In this document: positions 49,342 through 59,070 of the stretch, piece after piece | Numbering within the stretch: position 1 is the first letter of the stretch | How the letters are laid out: each line of letters opens with the position of its first letter | Assembly: GCA_018830005.1 (NCBI GenBank) | Contig: JAHJTE010000001.1 | Span: forward strand, 129,332-193,331 | Length of the DNA stretch: 64,000 nt | Direction of reading: 5' to 3' | DNA from: Candidatus Omnitrophota bacterium | Lineage (GTDB): Bacteria; Omnitrophota; Gorgyraeia; JAHJTE01 | Notes under the pieces: generated by a model | Database searches by the model: none | Seen by the model: the letters and a program-made list of their open reading frames with translations, nothing else | What the model was told of the DNA's origin: nothing | Position numbers and translations under genes: made by a program

Positions 49342-50622
49342 ATGAAATACCATAAAGAACGTACTAAAGATATGCCGATTCAGGAGTTAGGTTTACCTGA
49401 AAGCGTTAGCATACCTCTAAGCCAGCATATTGGTAAAATCTGCCAACCCAGAGTTAAGGTAGGAGACAGGGTATTGCGGGGTGAACAAATAGCAAGTTGC
49501 GAATCTGGTTTTTTTGCGCCTATCCATTCTTCGATTTCTGGTGAGGTGACATCCATCAAGAATATGCCTCATCCAAGTAATGGAAGTTGCCTTAGTGTCC
49601 AGATAAAAAGCGATGCTAAAGATGAGGCAATAGAGGACATTCGTCGCAAGCCAAGGAGCCAAGAAGAAGTCGATAATTTAAGCAAAGATACCTTAGGCAA
49701 AATCATCCTTGATGCAGGTATTGTGGGTATGGGAGGTGCGGCATTTCCTACCCATATAAAGTTAAAACCTCCTAAGCCGGTTGATACCTTTATCTTAAAT
49801 GCAGCAGAGTGCGAGCCCTATTTGACAAGCGATTATCGGCTCATGATTGAGAATCCCGAAGGTATTATTTCCGGGATGAAATTGATGCTTAAGATCTTAG
49901 GTACGCGAAATGTTTATTTGGCTATTGAAGATAATAAGCCAGAGGCTATAAAAAAATTTAAGAGTCTGGCTAAAAATAATGATTTTAAAGTCTGTGTCTT
50001 AAAGACAGTTTATCCTCAAGGAGGCGAAAAGCAGCTTACGCAGAGTATACTAGCCAAGGAAGTTCCTGCTGGTGGGCTTCCTTTTGATATTGGAGTTGTA
50101 GTTCAGAATGTGGCAACTGCATTTGCAGTGTATGAGGCAGTTTATCTTCGAAAGCCGTTATATGAGAGGGTTGTTACTGTATGTGGTTCGGCATTAGCTA
50201 ATCCTAAGAATCTACGTGTAAGAATCGGTACCTCAATAAGAGAGCTTATTGCATTTTGTGCGCCTTTGCAGCAGGAAGTAAGAAAGATCATAATTGGCGG
50301 CCCAATGATGGGTATTGCCCAGAGCAGTATGGATGTGCCTATTATTAAAGCCAGCGGCGGAGTAATCCTGTTTTCAAAAAATGAGGTGAGTCTCAGGCAG
50401 GATCGTGTTTGCTGTCGCTGTGCACGTTGTGTTGACATTTGTCCAGCGCGTATTGAACCAGCAATGATAACAATCGCTATAGAAAAAGAAAAGTGGGATA
50501 TGCTGGCAGAGTTCAATATCTTTGATTGTATTGAGTGTGGACTGTGTAGTTACATCTGTCCGGCAAAACGCGATTTAGTCCATTTAATCCGATATGGAAA
50601 AGAAAGAGTTAAAGTTAGGTAG
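49342..50622 (+). CDS. rnfC: Rnf electron transport complex subunit C
   Basis: RnfC/NqrA-like N-terminus, NAD(H)/FMN-binding region, two 4Fe-4S ferredoxin motifs (CCRCARCVDICP, CIECGLCSYICP). Confidence 0.85.
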   Translation: MKYHKERTKDMPIQELGLPESVSIPLSQHIGKICQPRVKVGDRVLRGEQIASCESGFFAPIHSSISGEVTSIKNMPHPSNGSCLSVQIKSDAKDEAIEDIRRKPRSQEEVDNLSKDTLGKIILDAGIVGMGGAAFPTHIKLKPPKPVDTFILNAAECEPYLTSDYRLMIENPEGIISGMKLMLKILGTRNVYLAIEDNKPEAIKKFKSLAKNNDFKVCVLKTVYPQGGEKQLTQSILAKEVPAGGLPFDIGVVVQNVATAFAVYEAVYLRKPLYERVVTVCGSALANPKNLRVRIGTSIRELIAFCAPLQQEVRKIIIGGPMMGIAQSSMDVPIIKASGGVILFSKNEVSLRQDRVCCRCARCVDICPARIEPAMITIAIEKEKWDMLAEFNIFDCIECGLCSYICPAKRDLVHLIRYGKERVKVR

Positions 50623-51574
50623 GCTTGTTGTTTCAAGCAGCCCTCATATTGAGGAAGACGATCACATCATAAGAAGGATGTGGGCGACTTTTATTGCACT
50701 TCTCCCTGTGGGTTTTGCGGGAGTTTATATCTTTGGCATACACTCACTCTATGTAATATTAGTTTCTTTGGCAGCTGCAGCATTGACAGAGATTGCCTGT
50801 CAGAAAATGCAGCGGCGTAAAGTTACTGCCTCTGATGGAAGTGCCTTAATCTGTGGGCTTTTACTTGCTTACAACCTGCCGCCAGATGTCCCTGTCTGGA
50901 TACCTATTCTGGGTACAGTTTTTGCAGTAGGAGTGGGAAAGCATTTATTTGGAGGACTGGGATTTAATATATTTAATCCTGCTTTGGTTGGCCGGGCCTT
51001 TTTAATGACCTCCTGGCCAACGCATATGACAAGTTGGACTAATCCTCGTTTTGCTATCGATGCTGTGAGCTCTGCGACTCCTTTAACAATCCTTAAGGAA
51101 AAAGGCGTATTCTCTATATCAGAACTCCCTTTAAATTATTGGGATCTATTTATCGGCAACAGAGGTGGATGTATTGGTGAGGTTTGTGTTATTGCCCTTC
51201 TTGTTGGTGCAGCATACTTATTATATAAACAATATATATCCTGGCAAACACCCATATCCTTTATTTTGACAACAGGATTTTTAAGCTGGGTATTTTCCGG
51301 CTCAAGGTTGTTTAGTGGTGATTTTCTCCTTTCTATACTTTCCGGCGGATTGATTCTGGGTGCCTTTTTTATGGCTACAGATTATGTTACAGGGCCGCTT
51401 ACCAAAAAGGGTAAACTTATTTTTGGGCTTGGCTGCGGCCTGATTACTTTTCTTATTCGAAAATATGGCGGCTATCCGGAAGGCGTCTCTTACGCCATTC
51501 TTACTATGAATGCCTTTGTTCCGACGATCGATAGGTTTTGCAGGTTGAAACCCTATGGGTTTAAGAGGGGTTAA
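50594..51574 (+). CDS. rnfD: Rnf complex subunit D
   Basis: NqrB/RnfD polytopic membrane protein pattern including the FMN-attachment TGPL-type region. Operon position. Confidence 0.8.
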   Translation: MEKKELKLGRLVVSSSPHIEEDDHIIRRMWATFIALLPVGFAGVYIFGIHSLYVILVSLAAAALTEIACQKMQRRKVTASDGSALICGLLLAYNLPPDVPVWIPILGTVFAVGVGKHLFGGLGFNIFNPALVGRAFLMTSWPTHMTSWTNPRFAIDAVSSATPLTILKEKGVFSISELPLNYWDLFIGNRGGCIGEVCVIALLVGAAYLLYKQYISWQTPISFILTTGFLSWVFSGSRLFSGDFLLSILSGGLILGAFFMATDYVTGPLTKKGKLIFGLGCGLITFLIRKYGGYPEGVSYAILTMNAFVPTIDRFCRLKPYGFKRG

Positions 51575-51578
51575 TAAG

Positions 51579-52109
51579 ATGTTTCGTTATGCTTTGATAT
51601 TAATGACTATTTGCTTAGTAAGTGCATTTGTTTTGGCAGGTACTTACAAGGTTACTCATCCTGTTTACTTAGAACAGATGCTAGAAGAGGAAAAACAGGC
51701 CCTAGGAGAGATCCTGCCTAAGGCAGTGGATTTTAAAGAGAGACAATATTGTGATTCATCATATTTTGTAGGTAGAGATATTCAGGGAAAGACTGTAGGT
51801 TATATTATTAGAGCCGAGACAAACGGATATTCATCCATAATCAAGATGCTCGTCGGTATTGATGCTGAAGGTACAATTGTTGGCATCAAAATTTTATCTC
51901 AACAGGAAACGCCCGGATTAGGTGCTAAAATCACAGAGGTAAGAAGCGGCAAAAAAAAACCTTGGTTTATTCAACAGTTTAAAGGTAAAAATTTCAAAGA
52001 TTTAAATCTAGAAAATATTGAATCAATTACTGCAGCTACGATTACCAGCCAGGCAATTGTGGAAGGACTTAAAAAAGAAATTAGCAAAATTCTGCCTTAT
52101 TTAAAATGA
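51579..52109 (+). CDS. rnfG: Rnf complex subunit G
   Basis: N-terminal TM, FMN-binding domain with S(x)GAT-type motif (TAATITSQA). ATG at 51579 follows AGAGGGG RBS. Confidence 0.75.
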   Translation: MFRYALILMTICLVSAFVLAGTYKVTHPVYLEQMLEEEKQALGEILPKAVDFKERQYCDSSYFVGRDIQGKTVGYIIRAETNGYSSIIKMLVGIDAEGTIVGIKILSQQETPGLGAKITEVRSGKKKPWFIQQFKGKNFKDLNLENIESITAATITSQAIVEGLKKEISKILPYLK

Positions 52110-52732
52110 AGAGAACATTATTCCAGGAATTTTCAAAAGGCCTTAGCGTTAGCAATCCTGTATTCGGTCTTGTTTTGGGCCTATGTCCGGCCTTGGCAGT
52201 CTCTACCAGTGTAAGCAACGCCATAGGAATGAGTGCAGCAGTCATTTTTGTCTTAACTTGTTCAAACATTATAATCTCAAGTATCAAGAGATTAATCCCA
52301 AAAGAGATTCGCTTGCCTTGTTTTATCGTTGTAATTGCTACATTTGTTACTATTGTTGAATTAGTTCTACATGCATATTTTCCTAATCTGCGTACATCCC
52401 TGGGTATATTCGTGCCTTTAATCGTAGTTAACTGTATTATCTTAGGTCGGGCTGAGGCCTTTGCCTGCCGTAACACAGTTATGCGTTCGATGTTTGATGG
52501 CTTGGGAATGGGAGTGGGCTTTTCGTTTTCGCTTATTATTATTTCCGTGATAAGAGAGGTTTTAGGTACAGGGGAAATCTTAGGAATTCCTGTTCTAGCT
52601 AAAGCAGAGCCAGCTCTATTTTTTGTTTTAGCCCCAGGTGCTTTGTTTACGCTTGGAGTTTTGATTGCCATCTCCAACCATTTTCGCTATAAGAGAGGCC
52701 AAACAGTTAAACTCAAAGGGGGCTGTCATTGA
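52106..52732 (+). CDS. rnfE: Rnf complex subunit E
   Basis: NqrD/RnfE pattern (GLCPALAVSTS..., IVVNCIILGRAEAFA). Confidence 0.8.
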   Translation: MKRTLFQEFSKGLSVSNPVFGLVLGLCPALAVSTSVSNAIGMSAAVIFVLTCSNIIISSIKRLIPKEIRLPCFIVVIATFVTIVELVLHAYFPNLRTSLGIFVPLIVVNCIILGRAEAFACRNTVMRSMFDGLGMGVGFSFSLIIISVIREVLGTGEILGIPVLAKAEPALFFVLAPGALFTLGVLIAISNHFRYKRGQTVKLKGGCH

Positions 52733-53346
52733 TGGATGTTAATTTTAATAAAATCCTGACCATAATCATCAGCATGGTCTTTGTCAATAATTTTATCCTC
52801 TCTAAATTCTTAGGGCTTTGTCCTTTTATTGGCGTCTCACGAAGAACAAAACCAGCTCTTTCCATGGGCGCTGCAGTCATATTTGTTATGACCGGATCAA
52901 GTATTATTACCTGGCTCCTTTATCGTTATATCTTGGTTCCTTTTCATGTTGAATATTTGCGTACAGTATCTTTTATATTGGTTATTGCAACCTTCGTGCA
53001 ATTCGTGGAAATGTTTACGCTAAAAAATTTCCCAGCCCTTTATGAAACCCTGGGTATATATCTACCTTTAATTACTACTAACTGTGCAGTCTTAGGTGTA
53101 GCGGTATTAAATATCAATGATTTCTTTATGGAAGGCTATTCTGTTTTGGCGAGCTTTTCCTATTCTGTGATTCAGGCATTTTTTGCCGGAGTTGGTTTTA
53201 CATTAGCTCTATTTTTGATGAGTGCAATCAGAGAACGATTGGATTTAGCAGAAATACCCGAATGTTTTAAAGGTGTGCCAATTGCATTTATTGTTGCCTC
53301 ATTAATGAGCCTAGCGTTTATGGGGTTTACGGGGTTTAGGTTTTGA
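52729..53346 (+). CDS. rnfA: Rnf complex subunit A
   Basis: NqrE/RnfA pattern (LGLCPFIGVS..., ITTNCAVLGVA). Confidence 0.8.
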   Translation: MMDVNFNKILTIIISMVFVNNFILSKFLGLCPFIGVSRRTKPALSMGAAVIFVMTGSSIITWLLYRYILVPFHVEYLRTVSFILVIATFVQFVEMFTLKNFPALYETLGIYLPLITTNCAVLGVAVLNINDFFMEGYSVLASFSYSVIQAFFAGVGFTLALFLMSAIRERLDLAEIPECFKGVPIAFIVASLMSLAFMGFTGFRF

Positions 53347-53384
53347 TATTGAGCGATGCGCATGGAGTTAAAAAAGAGGTAGCC

Positions 53385-54602
53385 ATGAAAAGGAAAAAGA
53401 TACTTATATTATTTCTCACGTTTTTATTTGCCAGTTCATTGGTATTTGCCGAGCCAGAAAATAACCCAAGAACAAAGGTTGTTGTTGATGGAAATAGTTC
53501 GTTTGCACTAGCTCTTTATGATAACCTGAGGAAAGAGAAGGGTAATTTGTTTCTTTCTTCCTACAGCATTTCAACTGCCCTTGCTATGACCTATGCTGGC
53601 GCGCGCGGCAATACTGCAGCACAAATGGCTGATGTTCTGTGTTTCACATTGAGTCAGGAACAATTGCATCCTGCATTTGCTGATTTGCAGGCACAGCTGA
53701 ACGAGGTGCAAGCAAAGGGTAATATTGAATTGAACGTTGCAAATGCTTTATGGGCTCAAGAAGGCTACTCTTTTCTTAGTGATTTTCTTGGTTTGACAGA
53801 TAGGTATTATGAAGCAGCACTTTTCCACGTTAACTTCGAAAGAAATACCGAATCAGCGCGCCTAGAGATTAATGCCTGGGTAGAACAAAGAACCAAAGAC
53901 AAGATAAAGGAGTTAATAAAACAAGGACTCCTAAATTCCTTTACGCGTCTTGTATTAACAAATGCCATATATTTTAAGGGTGATTGGCTAAGTCAATTTG
54001 AAAAAGATCTTACAAAACAAGCTTTGTTTTGGTTATCTAGCGATAATTCTATCAAGGTGCCCATGATGACTCAGCGAGGGAAGTTCGGTTATATGCAAGA
54101 TAGTAACTTGCAGATTCTCGAATTGCCTTATAGCGGCAATGATCTTTCTATGATTATATTGCTTCCTAAAAGAAAAGATGATTTAGCTCAAGTTGAAGAG
54201 GCACTGAATGAAAGGAATTTGAATTTATGGACGCAACATCTCAAGACCAAAGAAGTTATAGTATTCTTGCCAAGGTTTAAGATGACTTCTGAATTTTCAC
54301 TGGCTGAAACGCTTGTCTTGATGGGTATGACTGACGCATTTGATCGGTCTGCTGATTTCTCTGGAATGACTGGCAAGAAAGATTTATATATTTCCAAGGT
54401 AATTCATAAGGCGTTTATAGCTGTTGATGAGGAAGGCACTGAGGCTGCGGCAGCAACAGCAGTAGTTATGAAGCGGCTTTCAGCTTCAAATGAGGAGCCT
54501 ACTGTCATATTTCGAGCTGACCATCCTTTCATATTCTTAATCCGCCATAATCCTTCTGGAAGCATTTTGTTTTTTGGCAGAGTGATTGATCCGACAGAGT
54601 GA
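53385..54602 (+). CDS. secreted serpin (serine protease inhibitor) family protein
   Basis: Signal peptide MKRKKILILFLTFLFASSLVFA. Serpin motifs NAIYFKGDW, hinge EEGTEAAAATAV, C-terminal FIFLIRHNPSGSILFFGRV. Predicted P2-P1 is Arg-Leu. Confidence 0.85.
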   Translation: MKRKKILILFLTFLFASSLVFAEPENNPRTKVVVDGNSSFALALYDNLRKEKGNLFLSSYSISTALAMTYAGARGNTAAQMADVLCFTLSQEQLHPAFADLQAQLNEVQAKGNIELNVANALWAQEGYSFLSDFLGLTDRYYEAALFHVNFERNTESARLEINAWVEQRTKDKIKELIKQGLLNSFTRLVLTNAIYFKGDWLSQFEKDLTKQALFWLSSDNSIKVPMMTQRGKFGYMQDSNLQILELPYSGNDLSMIILLPKRKDDLAQVEEALNERNLNLWTQHLKTKEVIVFLPRFKMTSEFSLAETLVLMGMTDAFDRSADFSGMTGKKDLYISKVIHKAFIAVDEEGTEAAAATAVVMKRLSASNEEPTVIFRADHPFIFLIRHNPSGSILFFGRVIDPTE

Positions 54603-54638
54603 AATAATAAGGAGCAAGTAATTTAATATAGAGATAGT

Positions 54639-55436
54639 ATGACGGAAATACTTTATCCAACACTAACCTTAGCTATATTAGGATTGGCCTTTGGGCTAGG
54701 TTTGGCCTTTGCATCCCGGAAGTTTTGCGTGGCGCACGATAAGCGCGTTGATCAAATTGTTGAAAAGCTTCCAGGCTCAAATTGTGGAGCCTGTGGTAGG
54801 GCTGGTTGTATACAGTTTGCGCAAAGTTTAATTCAGGGCACTTGTACAATTAACACTTGTCCTGTTACGTCTTTAGAAGGCAAAGAAGATATCGCAAAGA
54901 TGCTTGGTAAGGAATTAGAGGTTGAGGTAAAAAGAATAGCTATCCTGCATTGTTGCGGCGGAAATAAAGTTGACGAAAAAAGCGATTATGACGGCGTTAA
55001 AGATTGTATAGCAGCAAATTTGCTCAGCGGAGGTCAAAAGGCCTGCAGTTGGGGCTGTTTAGGCTTTGGAAGTTGTGTAGGCGCATGTCCTTTCGGAGCG
55101 ATTGCAATGGGCAATGAGGGCCTGCCTGTAATTGATGAGGCTAAATGCACTGCCTGCGGCAACTGCGTAAAAATTTGTCCTAAAGATTTATTTATCCTTG
55201 AAGCCGTTAATAAGGAATACTTTGTTGCCTGTTCCTCGCCTGATTTAGGGCGTGATGTGATGGCAGTATGCAAAGTTGGCTGCATTGCCTGTAAGAAGTG
55301 TCAGATTAACTGTCCAACTAAGGCAATAGAAGTAATTGACAATCTAGCAAAATTTAATTATGATAAATGCCGAAATATCGGAAAGTGTCTGGAGGTTTGT
55401 CCGACAAAGGTAATCAAGAAACGGAGGATTAAATGA
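54639..55436 (+). CDS. rnfB: Rnf complex subunit B (polyferredoxin)
   Basis: N-terminal TM, CxxCGxxGC N-terminal cluster, several CxxCxxCxxxCP ferredoxin motifs. Confidence 0.8.
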   Translation: MTEILYPTLTLAILGLAFGLGLAFASRKFCVAHDKRVDQIVEKLPGSNCGACGRAGCIQFAQSLIQGTCTINTCPVTSLEGKEDIAKMLGKELEVEVKRIAILHCCGGNKVDEKSDYDGVKDCIAANLLSGGQKACSWGCLGFGSCVGACPFGAIAMGNEGLPVIDEAKCTACGNCVKICPKDLFILEAVNKEYFVACSSPDLGRDVMAVCKVGCIACKKCQINCPTKAIEVIDNLAKFNYDKCRNIGKCLEVCPTKVIKKRRIK

Positions 55437-56032
55437 AGATAGCCGTATTCGCATCAGGCCGCGGCACTAATCTAGCTGCGATTATTAAGGCAAAGAAAAA
55501 AGGTATAATTAATGCTGAGATTAGCCTTGTTGTTTCTGATAATAAAAAGGCGCTTGCCTTAAAAAAGGCCCAACGCGCCGGGATAAAGGCAGTATTTATT
55601 GATCCTTTAAGGTTCCTATCAAAGCAAGAATTTGAAGCAGAGATTATTAAGGCGCTAGAGGCCGAAGGCATTGACTTGATAGCCTTGGCAGGGTTTATGC
55701 GCATATTGAGCACTGATTTTGTGATTCGTTTTAAAAATAAAATAATTAACATTCATCCGGCGATATTGCCTTCTTTTAAAGGCGCGCATGGTATAAATGA
55801 AGCCTTTGATTATGGCGTGAAGGTTACAGGGGTTACTGTTCATTTTGTTGATGAGGCCATGGATCATGGGCCGATTATATTGCAGAAGGCAGTTTCTGTT
55901 GATGAAAAAGACACGTTAGAGACCTTAGAGTCTAAAATCCATAAGGTTGAACATAAGATTTATCCAGAGGCTATTCGTTTATTTGTTGAAGGTCGCTTAA
56001 GAATAGAAGGCAGGAAGGTGTATATTGCTTAA
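55433..56032 (+). CDS. purN: phosphoribosylglycinamide formyltransferase
   Basis: IAVFASGRGTNL N-terminus, NIHPAILPSFKG catalytic motif, HFVDEAMDHGPII. Confidence 0.9.
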   Translation: MKIAVFASGRGTNLAAIIKAKKKGIINAEISLVVSDNKKALALKKAQRAGIKAVFIDPLRFLSKQEFEAEIIKALEAEGIDLIALAGFMRILSTDFVIRFKNKIINIHPAILPSFKGAHGINEAFDYGVKVTGVTVHFVDEAMDHGPIILQKAVSVDEKDTLETLESKIHKVEHKIYPEAIRLFVEGRLRIEGRKVYIA

Positions 56033-56495
56033 GATTATCGGCTTCATTTTATTATTTCTATTTATTCTCTCTCTTGTATTATTTGCACAGCAGGCAGAGA
56101 AATTGAAATTTTCAAGTTCAGTCGATAAGACAGAGATTAGCCTTGGAGAGCTACTCAATTTTAAGGTTACTGTTGAGGGCAGTTTTAAAGGAAGCCCAGA
56201 GATAAAGCTGCCTAAGTTAAGAGATGATTTTGATATTGTCTCCCAAACGCAATCGCATAGAATATCTATCGAGGCAGGCAAGAAAAACAGGATATTCGTT
56301 TTAAATCTCATGCTTTTAGCCAAGCGGGAAGGCCAAATTAATATCGCTGCAGCAGAGCTAAAGCAGGGATCAAAGGTCTATACTACAGAGCCTATGGAGA
56401 TAACTGTTAAACCAGGTAAAGGTGAGAAGAAATTCCTGAGAGAACCAGAAGAGGAATTTCCCGCAGAAGAAGAAGTTGAGAGGATTACTCTTTAG
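56025..56495 (+). CDS. secreted hypothetical protein (BatD-N-terminal-like)
   Basis: Signal peptide; beta-rich; weak pattern resemblance to the first domain of BatD. Confidence 0.3.
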   Translation: MLKIIGFILLFLFILSLVLFAQQAEKLKFSSSVDKTEISLGELLNFKVTVEGSFKGSPEIKLPKLRDDFDIVSQTQSHRISIEAGKKNRIFVLNLMLLAKREGQINIAAAELKQGSKVYTTEPMEITVKPGKGEKKFLREPEEEFPAEEEVERITL

Positions 56496-56524
56496 AACTT
56501 ATTTTTTATAAATGGGGGTTAATA

Positions 56525-57802
56525 ATGGCAAAGATTAGTAAAATAATAGGACGCCAGATTTTAGATTCGCGCGGCAATCCCACTGTTGAGGTGGACTGTA
56601 TCTTGGATAATTCTTGCTTAGCCAGGGCAGCAGTGCCATCTGGGGCATCAACAGGAGAGCTTGAGGCATTGGAATTGCGCGACGGCGATAAAACAAAATA
56701 TCTAGGTAAGGGTGTTACCAAGGCAGTAAATAACATAAATAATATAATTGCCAAGAAAGTAGGAAGTATGCCGCCTGATTTTAGAAAGGTAGACTCTTTA
56801 ATGCTTACTATGGATGGCACTCTGAATAAGTCAAAGCTGGGTGCGAATGCGATCCTTGCAGTATCATTAGCTGTAGCTAAGGCAGCAGCAAATGATAGGG
56901 GAGTGCCTTTTTTTCGATTCTTAGGAGGCAACAGCGCTAATATCTTGCCGGTTCCCTTGATGAATATCTTAAATGGCGGGATGCACGCAGATAATAATCT
57001 TGATATTCAGGAGTTTATGATTGCGCCAGTTGGCGCGCCTACTTTTAGTGAGGCATTGCGTTATGGCTGTGAAGTATTTCACCATTTAAAAGAGATTCTT
57101 AAATCCAAGAATTTGACTACTTCCGTCGGAGATGAAGGGGGTTTTGCACCGAATTTAAAATCAAACGAAGAGGCAATTGAACTGATTATGCAGGCCAGCG
57201 AAAAGTGCGGGCATCGCGCTGGCGAAGATATCTTTATAGCACTTGACGCTGCAGCCAGCTCTTTTGGTAAGAAGGGTACATATAATCTAAAAGAAGCAGA
57301 AAAGCCATTAAGCTCGGATGAAATTATTGCGATATATGCTGATTTGCAGTCTCGTTATCCGATTATTTCTTTAGAGGATGGTCTAGGTGAAGATGATTGG
57401 GGTGGTTGGGCGAGGCTAACGGAAAGATTAGGGCCGAATTTGCAATTAGTGGGTGATGATATCTTTGTTACGAACCCTAAGATTTTCCAGAAAGGCATCG
57501 ATGGCAATATTGCAAATGCTATCCTTGTGAAGGTAAATCAGATTGGCACGCTTTCAGAAACATTGGAGACTATTGACTTGGCAAAGAAAAATAAGTATAA
57601 TGCCATTATATCTCATCGCTCCGGAGAGACAGAAGATGTAACCATAGCACATCTTGCTGTAGCAACCGGCGTTGGCCAAATCAAGACCGGTTCGGTTTCC
57701 CGCACAGACCGTATTGCCAAATACAATGAGTTGTTAAGGATTGAGGAATTCTTAGGTAAAGATGCTGTCTATGCAGGAGTGGAATTCAAACTAAAAGGTT
57801 GA
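56525..57802 (+). CDS. eno: enolase (phosphopyruvate hydratase)
   Basis: Full-length enolase pattern ([32 protein letters not shown]). Confidence 0.95.
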   Translation: MAKISKIIGRQILDSRGNPTVEVDCILDNSCLARAAVPSGASTGELEALELRDGDKTKYLGKGVTKAVNNINNIIAKKVGSMPPDFRKVDSLMLTMDGTLNKSKLGANAILAVSLAVAKAAANDRGVPFFRFLGGNSANILPVPLMNILNGGMHADNNLDIQEFMIAPVGAPTFSEALRYGCEVFHHLKEILKSKNLTTSVGDEGGFAPNLKSNEEAIELIMQASEKCGHRAGEDIFIALDAAASSFGKKGTYNLKEAEKPLSSDEIIAIYADLQSRYPIISLEDGLGEDDWGGWARLTERLGPNLQLVGDDIFVTNPKIFQKGIDGNIANAILVKVNQIGTLSETLETIDLAKKNKYNAIISHRSGETEDVTIAHLAVATGVGQIKTGSVSRTDRIAKYNELLRIEEFLGKDAVYAGVEFKLKG

Positions 57803-58074
57803 TGATGGTACGCTCAATTATTATATGCGCGATTGCCATTATTGTTTTAATAATCTTTATTCCCGGATTTGCCAGGATGCAGGAGTTAAAGGCAAAAAAT
57901 AGAGATTTAAAAAAACAGATTGGGGAAATAACAGAAGAAAACCTCGTCTTAAAAAAAGACATAGATAGATTGCAACATGATAGTGTATATCTAGAAGGCG
58001 TAGCCCGGGAAAAGATGGGCGTTGTTAGAAAGGGAGAGGTAATTTACCATATAGTTCCTGAAGAGAAAAAATAA
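57799..58074 (+). CDS. septum formation initiator family protein (FtsB/DivIC-like)
   Basis: N-terminal TM plus leucine-zipper coiled coil ([29 protein letters not shown]), conserved C-terminal GE.IY motif. Confidence 0.7.
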   Translation: MMMVRSIIICAIAIIVLIIFIPGFARMQELKAKNRDLKKQIGEITEENLVLKKDIDRLQHDSVYLEGVAREKMGVVRKGEVIYHIVPEEKK

Positions 58075-58075
58075 T

Positions 58076-58152
58076 CGCGGGGTGGAGCAGCCTGGTAGCT
58101 CGCAAGGCTCATAACCTTGAGGTCAGTGGTTCAAATCCACTCCCCGCAACCA
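58076..58152 (+). tRNA. initiator tRNA-fMet (CAT)
   Basis: Near-identical to the canonical bacterial initiator over the D/T arms (GGGGTGGAGCAGCCTGGTAGCTCG...GGTTCAAATCC). C1:A72 mismatch, anticodon loop CT-CAT-AA, encoded CCA. Hairpin plus T-tract terminator at 58158-58190. Confidence 0.85.
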
Positions 58153-58291
58153 ATAAAAGAGGCGCTAGACACGGGTGCCTCTTTTTATTTATAACTACCT
58201 GAAGATAAAAGATATCGAGAAGCTAAGATAAATTCATTTTCTCTGGTAATTTCTATAAGATTCTGGTATTATTTACTGTAGAGGCGTAATT

Positions 58292-59008
58292 ATGAAAAAG
58301 ATACTTTATATTCTCGGATCAGTAGTATTAGGTTCGGTGATAATCTTATTTGCTAAATCGACTTTTGTTACTTTATCTATTGAGGATAAGATTGCTAAGA
58401 TTACTGGTCTTCCTTCAGAAGTTGTCAGTGTGGATTCAGGTTATTTTCTAACAATTAAAGGCCTAAAAATAAGAAATCCAGAAGGTTTTAGCGATGAGGC
58501 AATGATTGATATTTCCAGTATGACCATTGATGAGAATTTAGGCCAGATGGAACTTATAGTTGATGAGCTTTTAGTTGAAAAGAGTCCCACTGGCAGATTA
58601 AATATTGATTACCTAAACGCGGAGGAAGCAGGCGAACCAGATTTAAAGATAAATCGATTAAGGCTTCATATTAACAAGGTGAAATTTAAGGACGGCACTA
58701 AAGAAAAAGAATTTGATGTAGATATTCATAAAGAATATGTGAATTTGCCCCAGCCGCTTGATGTGGCTAAAATCATTATCGTAGAAGGCATAGGTGATAC
58801 TCCATTAGGCGATGATGAAGATATTGATACAGATGATATGGAAGATGATGTCGATGACGTTATTGATGACGGAGAGGTCATTGATGCTGACGGCGATGGC
58901 GATGGAGATGATGACGGTGATGGAGATGATGACGGTGATGGAGATGATGACGGTGATGGAGATGATGACGGGGTTGACCCGACTTGGCAAGGAGGATGGT
59001 ACGAGTAG
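58292..59008 (+). CDS. membrane-anchored hypothetical protein with poly-acidic Asp/Gly repeat tail
   Basis: N-terminal TM. C-terminal DGDGDGDDDGDGDDDGDGDDDGDGDDDG encoded by four tandem 18-bp repeats (58901-58972). Ends VDPTWQGGWYE. Confidence 0.45.
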   Translation: MKKILYILGSVVLGSVIILFAKSTFVTLSIEDKIAKITGLPSEVVSVDSGYFLTIKGLKIRNPEGFSDEAMIDISSMTIDENLGQMELIVDELLVEKSPTGRLNIDYLNAEEAGEPDLKINRLRLHINKVKFKDGTKEKEFDVDIHKEYVNLPQPLDVAKIIIVEGIGDTPLGDDEDIDTDDMEDDVDDVIDDGEVIDADGDGDGDDDGDGDDDGDGDDDGDGDDDGVDPTWQGGWYE

Positions 59009-59070
59009 TGAAATTAAAACTTAAGAGATCGATAGGCTTTAGTCCCTTAGAAGTAATCCAATCAAAGCAG

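Noticed and set aside
58805-59024. Overlapping ORFs 58812-59024 (+) and 58805-58990 (-) rich in MTVMEMM / ISITVI repeats
   Set aside because: These are frame-shifted readings of the 18-bp GATGGAGATGATGACGGT tandem repeat that encodes the acidic tail of the 58292-59008 protein, not independent genes.
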